From Selaginella moellendorffii (lineage: Eukaryota; Plantae; Lycopodiophyta), in assembly GCF_000143415.4 (NCBI RefSeq), contig NW_003314315.1, forward strand, positions 1,301,514-1,365,513: a stretch of DNA of 64,000 nt, in the 5' to 3' direction. Below the pieces are notes generated by a model, which saw only the letters and a list, made by a program, of their open reading frames with translations, did no database searches and was not told the DNA's origin. Below are positions 56,417 through 64,000 of this stretch, in pieces; positions within the stretch are counted from its first letter, which is position 1; the number at the start of each line of letters is the position of its first letter. A program made the position numbers and the translations under genes.

Positions 56417-56770
56417 GTCTTTGGTGTGGCTACCGCTTCCTCTTGATATTCGGCACTTGTGCTTCCTGGTATGTTCACCATGGAATGGTTTAGGACCACA
56501 TTTAGAAATGGCATGAGGCCACATGCCATCTTGGGCCCTTGCAATTTCATGGCTAGCGTATTGTCATGTATGTTTTTACTTGCCTGCAGCTGTGTGTATA
56601 TCAAGATGGCATGAGGCCTCATGCCAATTTTGTGAATGCGAAATTTCACGTGGGTGTCAATAGCATGTTTGAATAATGGCATGTGGCCTCATGCTATTTG
56701 GTATGTTATGATTTAGGCCATTCTCCAATCATTTTTTGTATGGTCTTAACTTCTTTTCTGCATTTTCAGA

Positions 56771-59700
56771 ATGGCCTTCAGGGTTGGGGAAAAGGTTTAC
56801 ATTTTGAATGGTGGGAAGAGAGTTGCAAAAGGGACCCTTGTGTCTATGGATCGGAACTTTGTTATACACTATCAAAGGCTTGGGGAAGGCAATGCTGCTG
56901 TATCAGTAGAGACTGTCTTTGATGGGAATGTGGTCGCTATTGAACGAGGAGAGATGGTCGTCGGGGTAAATGTTGTTGTTGCCTTGAAAAATCTGCAGAA
57001 GAAAGCAGATGTTGGGGACAGCGCAAGTGCGACGCATGTTCCCTCCGTGAATCTTAAGAACCATGCTACATGGATTCAGGCAAAGGTGTTTCTAAACAAC
57101 CCCGAGGGGGAGGTGGTAGCTGAGGGCTTAGCCACAGTTGTCGATCCAAGAGATGCGGTTGCTAATCAAGAATTGGGCTGGGATGATATTGGAGTTGCGA
57201 TTTTAGAGGTTGTTGACACAGAAGAAAACAGTCTGACTATTGGAAGCATTGTGCGGTGGAAATTGACGCATTTAGTGTTTGAGAATGTGAAGGATTCACA
57301 ATCAAACACCACTACAACTGATGACAGAACATCTCTTCATGGGAAAAGAAAGTACACCTTCCTACAGCGTAGCCAAAGGGATCTGAGCAACGAACCGAAA
57401 AGGCAGAAAATGGCGATGGAGGTTCGAATGGTCTCGACAGTTGCTTGTTGCAAGAGGAGGTGCTGTCAACATGCTGATTGGGATGCTATTGAAGAGGAGA
57501 GAGCAAGATACAAGACATTATCCTAGAAGGCAGCTCGCAATTTTGTGTATGAGGCATTACGGTCATCTGTTGATGCTTCAGAACATCAGGTGGGGGGCAT
57601 GGTCTTCCAGAGGGGTTTGGTCTGCATGAAGGCATGGAGAATCATTTATGAAGTCCCTCGAAGCACATTCTACAGAATCAAAACTAAGTTCGAGGAACAA
57701 AGGGTTCAACAGGCAGTCCATGGGAACGACGGTACGCACAAAACCAGGGGTCATGTTGTATATGGAGAGGCAATCTTCAAGAGGTTTGTCGAGACATGTA
57801 GCGAGCAGCAACCACATAAAACCCGCCTCTTGGAAGATGGAACACGAGACACCCAACGAGTTCTCCCTTCCATGTATACCAAGGGGGCCATATTGGAAGA
57901 TGTGAATCAGGAACTCCAGAGTAATGGCTACAGGAAGCTGAGCCAATCTAGATTTAGTAGATTGTGGAGCAACAGGTTCAGGGATGTGAGTATAGGAAAG
58001 TACTCCAGCTTTTCAAAGTGTGACGAGTGCACTGCTATCAAAATGGCTTTGTCGAAGAATTCTTGCAGCGCTCAAGAGCGAGAGACATTGGTTAGAAGGC
58101 GGCTCGACCACAACATCGAGCAGAGAAGCTGCAGAACTGCATATTATCATAACAGGATTCTCTCCATGGAGAGACCTGACTCTTACCTCTGCATCATCCA
58201 CGACAAAATGGACCAGAAAAAGACGTGCTTACCTCGACTCAATCCTGCCCCCAAGGCAATCTCTTCATCCATGCAGCTGCCTGTGTCTCTGTTTGGCATA
58301 ATCGCTCATGGGCATGGTGCCCAGAACTATGGGAACTTCTTTGTACCTCTATGGGGTGGCGGGGGTGCAAACATGATGATTGCGTCCCTAGCAAAACACT
58401 TAAGGTCTCTGCAAAGTGCGCAGACTGAGCTGAACGGCCAACCCTTGCATAAGGCCCTTGTCGATCGAACCCCATACAGGGTTTAGCTGGAGGAGGAGCA
58501 AAGGCTTGCAGTATCGCGTGGGGCCCCATGCCATCCTAGTGAATATGTTGGCCGTCAGATTGTAGGGTTATCACGTGAGGCCTCATGCCATTCCGACGAG
58601 GCTGGTCGCCCGGTGAATGCACAGCCTCATCCAAACGAAGCAGAATCTCAAGGAAGTTCTTGCGGCCGATGTGGCCTTCCACCCCATCTTCTGCTCCAAA
58701 CAGACAATGCTGGTAGTAAGAACAAAAACATGTACGTCTTCGCGTACTTGGCGATGCTTGTTGCCAAAGGCATATTTGAAACGGTTACACTTGGCTTTCT
58801 CATGGTTGGGCACACTCATGAAGACGTTGATGCCATGTTCAGTCACCTGGCAGAGTCCCTCCGGCGATCCAATGTCCTCACCCTCCGACAACTCTACGAT
58901 GAATTCCAAAATTGCATCAAAGGCACTGTTGAAGCTGCACTTGTGACAGAGGTTCCAGACTTTAAGGGGTTTGTAAGAGGCTACATCAGGGACGGATCCG
59001 AAACGCTGATTGGCCACTCCAAGCCTCTTCAGTTTCATTTCAGCATGCGTGACGGTGCTCCAGTGATGAGGTACAAGATGAGAGAATGGGACACAATGTG
59101 GCTGCCAGTGGATGGCATTGAACTCTTCAAGAGAGATCCCATAACTGGGGAACCTATGATTCCTCAGGGTTCCCCACGGCCGATGCACCCGGATGGACTC
59201 AAAGACCAGGAAAGTATAGTGGCCGGGATTAGACAGCATATTGCCTTCTGGAAGAGGGGGTTGGTGTTTGGTGGAGAATCCTATTTTAAGAGGTGCAAGC
59301 CTTTGCTCGAATACTGGGAGAAGATTATATCTGCTATCCAAAATGGGCCGGTTGTATATGAAGAATTGGAAGAGTCCTTTTGGCCAGAACCCAGAGCACC
59401 AGATAGTAGCGGAACAATGTCCTCTGGAAATGCAGTGACAGATAACGATGTTAAGGATCACTATTGTGGGCCGAGGAACAAGAAGCCGGATTCAGCATTC
59501 AATCCAGTACAGGTCTGCAAAGGAATGGTCGTGCTTGTCAGACCCAGTAATAAAAAACAAATGATATGGGTGGGGCGCTGCATCACTGATGCAGAGGAGG
59601 ACGCGGAAACTAACTCTTTCAATGTAACTGTGGAGTGGTTCAAGCCAAGTTCCGGATATACGAAGGATTGCCTAGAAAAGAGATGGGTGCTGAATCCAAG

Positions 59701-59839
59701 GGATCCCAGCATGAGCATATCGGTGGATAATGTTGTGCATGGTTGGATGCGGAAGCAGAGTGCCACCATCACCTTGCCAGACCATGCAAGAGATGCAGCA
59801 AGAGCATTCATAACCCGGGTTCAAGGTGAGATTCATTAA
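56771..59839 (+). pseudogene. Sola-like DDD transposase, ~1020 codons in one frame with two in-frame TAG stops
   Basis: ORFs 56771, 57545 and 58613 share one frame, broken only by TAG at 57524 and 58484. Motifs: CMKAW..STFYR, FSKCDEC..H, IIHDKMDQ, LQTDNAGSKNKN, FLMVGHTHEDVDAMFS. Confidence 0.8.
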
Positions 59840-60528
59840 TATTCCTTTACTAAGTTTCTAATGTATTTTATTTCAAGGTGAACAATCCGAATCTGAATCA
59901 AAGGAGGCGTGATGGCATGTGGCCCTTTGCACTAGTATATCTTAATACCGGTCTAAGAAATAGAATGGCATGTGCCCTCAGGCCTTTTACTAAATCACCT
60001 TTGAAAGAAATGCAAGCCTCTATGTCGTAAAAAAAAGGTACTAGAGAAATTCCTTAATAATATGAATGTTATTTAGTTTCATGAAAATACACTAAGGGTC
60101 AAATGAGTTAAATGACTTCTCCAGACTAGCAATGCCTCTTGCTACACCTTCACAATTAGATTCGTTAGAAAAAGATAACATTGAATAATATCTAAATGTT
60201 CTCACCATTAAGTTATATGTCTGGCTAATAGGAATGACGTTCATCTTGGAAAGCTCACCACACGCTCAATGAACAAACAAATAGTGTGTGCGCGCATGCC
60301 ATCGCTCTTCTTTAGCTTCAGATTCGGCTTGTTCACCTTGACAATGAGATTTATTATACAACCAGATGGACTCAGTCTAGACACAAAGTCACCGCACTAG
60401 TCACCATGCCCCAGATATGTCTAGCCCCTGGACAAAAAACATATAATTTCACGTCATTTTCAAATACTTGAAAATTTGTACCTAGTCCCATTTTACTGAA
60501 TAAATCCCACTTTAACGAAATAGAGCTT

Positions 60529-62735
60529 ACAAACTCATGAAGATAACGCCCAAAGACCTCCGTCATCAACCGAGTAAATGTGGCTGGTGCATTCGTCAAA
60601 CCAAACGGCATAACTGTAAACTCAAAATGTCCGAAGCTTGTGTTGAATGCCGTCTTGGAGATAGATGCATCATCCATTGCAATCTGATGATATCCACTCC
60701 TCAGATCAATCTTGGTAAACACTCGTGCTTCACCAAGCTTGTCTAGGATATCATCTACACGTGGCATCGGCATCTTATCCTTCACTGTCTTCTTGTTCAA
60801 AGCACGGTAGTCAATACACATTCGCATTGAACCGTCCTTCTTCTTCACAAGCAAGACCGGAGCACCAAATGGAGACTTACCTGGCTGAATGAATCCAAAC
60901 TCAAGTAACTCCTTGACTTGTCGTTGAACTTCTTGCTCGTCCGCATAACTTAACCGAAATGGACGCCGGTAAATTGGCCGCGTCCCCAGCTCCAATGTAA
61001 TCCCATGCTCCACACCTCGTAATGGAGGCAATCCATGAGGAAGTTCAGATGGAAAAACATCAGAAAACTCGTCGAGTACATCCCGTACTGCTGCTTCTCC
61101 CCCACACGTGCCTTGGTCGCCCAAGTCACGAACAAACAGCAAGTAACTCGAAAGTGCTTTTCCATTACGACAAGCCCGCTTCAAAGATGTAGCAGAGAGC
61201 ATAACAACTGGTGGTTGAACGCCCTCGCCAAACCACACATCTTTAACTCCACCATACTCCAGCGAGATACGCTTAATGCTCCACTTTATCTCTGGATCCA
61301 CCTTCACCAACCATGGCATCCCAAGGATGAGATCCACACGATGGATATCCGCGAGATAAAAAGTCTCCACAAGTGTGGTTTGGCCAACCAACACTTCCAG
61401 CCCCTCGACACAAGCATCGAAATGCTGAGCAGAGGTAGCTGCACCTTCCACTGTGTATGGAAGAACTCCACGTGTGTTCAGGCGATGCTCCGCAACAAAC
61501 TTTGCCGAAACAAAGTTGTCATCGCTCCCACTATCCAGTAAAATCCGCACTGGATCGCCACGGAACACGCCCTCCAACATTAAAGCTGATTCACGCGTAT
61601 CCTCGAGCTCCATCTTGTTCCACACACAGTTGAGTTGACGAGCAACAATCGAAAGTCTCTTCCTCCGACCGGAATGGTCGTTCTCGTCATCCTCACACTG
61701 TAAAGTTTGCAACTTTTTAGTATCGGACTTACCGTGAGAAGATGATTGGCCATTCTTCTTGTCCTGCTGCTTGTTCTTCAACTGCAGACAATCAACCTTG
61801 TAGTGTCCAAGTTCGCCGCAATGATGACAACCCTGTCTATAATTCTTCACAAAGAACTTCTGCTTCTTGGACCCCTTTGCATCTAAAGTAGTCACCACCG
61901 ACTTCAACTTGTGATGCTTGTTCCCATCCTTGTGTCCACGGCAATCATCACGACGATTCTCGACAGAAGGACTCCGCGAACGCTTGCGAGACTTGTGCTT
62001 GTCATTGTCAAGTCGACAAGCCGCATCAAAGAGCTCCTCCAAACTCTTTGTAGGCTGAGAATGACGCAAGTGTTGCCGCATGCTCTCACTATGTAGGCCA
62101 TCAATGAAGCAGGACTTGTTTTGATCTGGATCCTTCGTTGGAACACGACTAATCAAGCGAGTAAGCTTCTCAATATAATCCCCGAGCATCATTTTCCCTT
62201 GCTGGAAATGGCGAAGTTCTGTATGAGCATTCTCCACGTCGTAATGAGGGGCAAAACGTAAATGGAAAGCAGCCTCAAACTCATCCATGGTAGACACTGG
62301 TGGTTTCTTATCCGCAACACGGGACTCCTCAAGCCAATTCCACCATCGAAGACCCGCATCACGCAAAACCATCGGAATAGCCACTAAAGCCTCTGCATCT
62401 GGAGTTCCTCTAGCAGCCAAAAACTTCTTCACATTGGCTAGCCAAGCAAGACACTTGTCCACACCACCATCACCGGAAATGGTTGGAATCTTGAGTCGAT
62501 CTACCAAAGAAGGCTTACTTGGAGCGCTACCCCGTCCAGCCTCGAGTGCCTCAACATGCCCACGCATGGTATCCATCATGCCATGCATCTCGTCTTGCAT
62601 CTCTTGCCGATTCTTATTAAGGGCTCGCAGCTCATGAACCACATCTTGAATGGTCCAAATCTCTGCAGCTTCGTCGGCACCATCGTCGGCACCACCATCG
62701 ACAATAGGATTCCAGCGTTCAGCTTGGTCGGCCAT
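60529..62735 (-). CDS. Gypsy gag-protease-RT N-terminus
   Basis: [14 protein letters not shown] zinc knuckle, [12 protein letters not shown] protease, [33 protein letters not shown]. The frame runs into the TIR at 60528. Confidence 0.93.
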
Positions 62736-62996
62736 TGCAACCAATGCTCCGATACCAATGTTATGATCCGGCGCAAAAAGACAAAGATCTCGTTGCCCTA
62801 GACTATGCTACGCCACCTCTTGAGGTTCCTCACCACCCAACCACCCCCGAGCTACCTCAAAAGCTCCACTGCACCGCCGCTCCACTGTGAGCCCTAGGGT
62901 AGGTTAAGTCCCTTACCCTAACATGCCTTAATATACCCTTGAGCCTCCCTTTGACCGACGTTGACCATGTAATCAAAGCTGGCGCCTAACAGTCGG

Positions 62997-64000
62997 GGCA
63001 TTGCCGCGAGGCGATCAATCTCCTCCAGCGCATGGATGTGGAACCACTAAATGGTGATCGTGAGCACACTGGCTGCGTGCTCCGGTGCCAAGGATCTCGC
63101 GCTGGGCATGGCCATCCACGCGAGAATTCTCTCCCCGGATCTCCGCAAGAATGTGATCAGATACCGCACAAGGATGTAGTGTCGTGGACTGCGATGATCA
63201 CCGCATTTGCCCAGATTGGGGATTGCTGCCAGGCGCTCGAGACGCTCAAGGGGATGATCCAAGCTCGCGTCCAGCCCAATCCGGTGACCTTCGTCGTGGC
63301 AATCACTGCGTGCTCCAGCAGGGAATTTCTCAATCAGGGCAGGAAGATCCACGCCGCCATGATCAACCTGGGTTTCCACGGAGACATCACGATCCAGAAT
63401 GCGCTCGTTTCGATGTATGCGAAGGGTGGCAGCACGGAGGAAGCACTTGCGGTGTTCCAGAGGATGGAAGATCACAACAGGGTCTTGTGGAACAGCATGA
63501 TCGCGGCCACACACAGTCTTGCACGGCGATGGGCCTCTTCCATGGCATGAACTTGGAAGGGATCAAGCCCGACGACGTGAGCTTTCTGGAAGTTCTAAGT
63601 GCCTGCTCGAGCCCTGGGTGCTTGCGATCGTGCAAGCGGATCCACTCGCAGCTGGAGCTCGCCGCGGTACACTCTCCTCCAGATTTGAGCTTGGAGAACT
63701 CACTTGTCACTGCCTACGCCAAGTGTGGAGATCTAGAGGCCACCGAGAGGATTTTTCAGAGAATCCCAAGAACGTTGTGTCCTGGACGGCCATGCTCACT
63801 GCTTACACCTTTCACGGCAATGGATCCAAAGCTCTCGAGCTCTACGACAAGATGGTCGGGCAGTCGATCCAGCCGGACAGCGTGGTGCTGCTCAACGTAA
63901 TCTACACCGGATCACTGGTCGGGGACGTCGGCCTCGCGAGAAAGTTCCACGCTCGCGTTGCTTCCTCCAGCTTCATGCTCAAGATCCAGATCTAGAATGC
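62997..64000 (+). pseudogene. 3' continuation of the interrupted PLS-PPR pseudogene
   Basis: GHCREAINLLQRMDVEP, DVVSWTAMITAFAQ, NALVSMYAKGG, NSLVTAYAKCGDL, spread across frameshifted frames. Confidence 0.85.

Larger units (their letters stand above)
48581..60302. repeat. Dispersed 22-bp palindrome ATGGCRTGNGGCCNCAYGCCAT, about 20 copies within the TIR element
   Basis: Copies start at 48581, 49658, 49733, 50965, 51156, 51297, 52796, 54073, 54133, 54210, 54982, 55893, 56508, 56606, 56676, 58513, 58570, 59912, 59965 and 60281 (several degenerate). Confidence 0.9.
48195..60528. mobile_element. 12.3 kb TIR DNA transposon (Sola-like) carrying a cargo gene
   Basis: Perfect 24-bp TIR AAGCTCTATTTCGTTAAAGTGGGA (48195-48218, inverse at 60505-60528). 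TSD ACAA (48191-48194, 60529-60532). The empty site gaaaatctccACAAactcat is present in the sister gypsy copy at 39601. Confidence 0.93.
45738..62991 (-). mobile_element. Ty3/gypsy LTR retrotransposon with 233-bp LTRs (45738-45970, 62759-62991) and 5-bp TSD GTCGG, interrupted by a DNA transposon
   Basis: TG..CA LTRs differ at about 9 positions. TSD at 45733-45737 and 62992-62996. PBS TGGTATCGGAGC (minus strand, ~62746-62757), PPT GGGGGGCAAG. Gene order gag-PR-RT-RH-IN. Confidence 0.97.

Noticed and set aside
51957-58486. TAR stops as a sign of an alternative genetic code or U-to-C RNA editing
   Set aside because: The context is nuclear, the transposase ends in TAA, and normal CAR codons are abundant. 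C-to-T decay is simpler and matches the LTR transition pattern.
48581-60302. The 22-bp palindromes as CRISPR-like repeats
   Set aside because: Spacing is irregular (about 50 bp to 1.8 kb) and the intervening DNA is exon or promoter sequence, not fixed-length spacers.
48190-60533. Polinton/Maverick interpretation (AG...CT ends with an imperfect 6-bp TSD cacaaa/tacaaa)
   Set aside because: No polB, integrase, ATPase or capsid genes. The 4-bp TSD with a 24-bp TIR fits with no mismatch.

Overview
Eukaryotic (plant) nuclear DNA. The ~45-85 bp introns, PLS/DYW PPR genes and a System III heme lyase suggest a lycophyte such as Selaginella (inference). The window has two halves. (1) 1-26,350 is a GC-rich, extremely compact gene block: PPR-E, SCO1, ClpR4, organellar AlaRS, starch synthase II, SYP7 syntaxin, HCCS, an RNI-like protein, an SPPL protease, SDP1 lipase, PPR-DYW, plastid RPL28 and a multi-FKBP/TPR immunophilin. 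Most intergenic gaps are only 22-155 bp. (2) 26,400-64,000 is AT-rich and transposon-dominated: a TORNADO1-like ROCO pseudogene, a non-coding LTR element with minisatellite-expanded LTRs, a 100-N gap, a decayed Ty3/gypsy copy, copia remnants, and a Ty3/gypsy element (45,738-62,991, TSD GTCGG) inserted into a PPR gene. The standout is nested inside the gypsy RT: a 12.3 kb DNA transposon (48,195-60,528) with perfect 24-bp TIRs and a 4-bp TSD ACAA. It encodes a Sola-like DDD transposase and, divergently, a spliced cargo gene reading as ParB-like domain + degenerate beta-class DNA-methyltransferase fold + acidic linker + FCP1-type HAD phosphatase. About 20 copies of a 22-bp palindrome (ATGGCRTGNGGCCNCAYGCCAT) are spread through this element, many inside its introns. 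This is a candidate TE-encoded ParB/parS-like self-recognition or anti-silencing system. Domain assignments were made by eye from motifs, not by database search.
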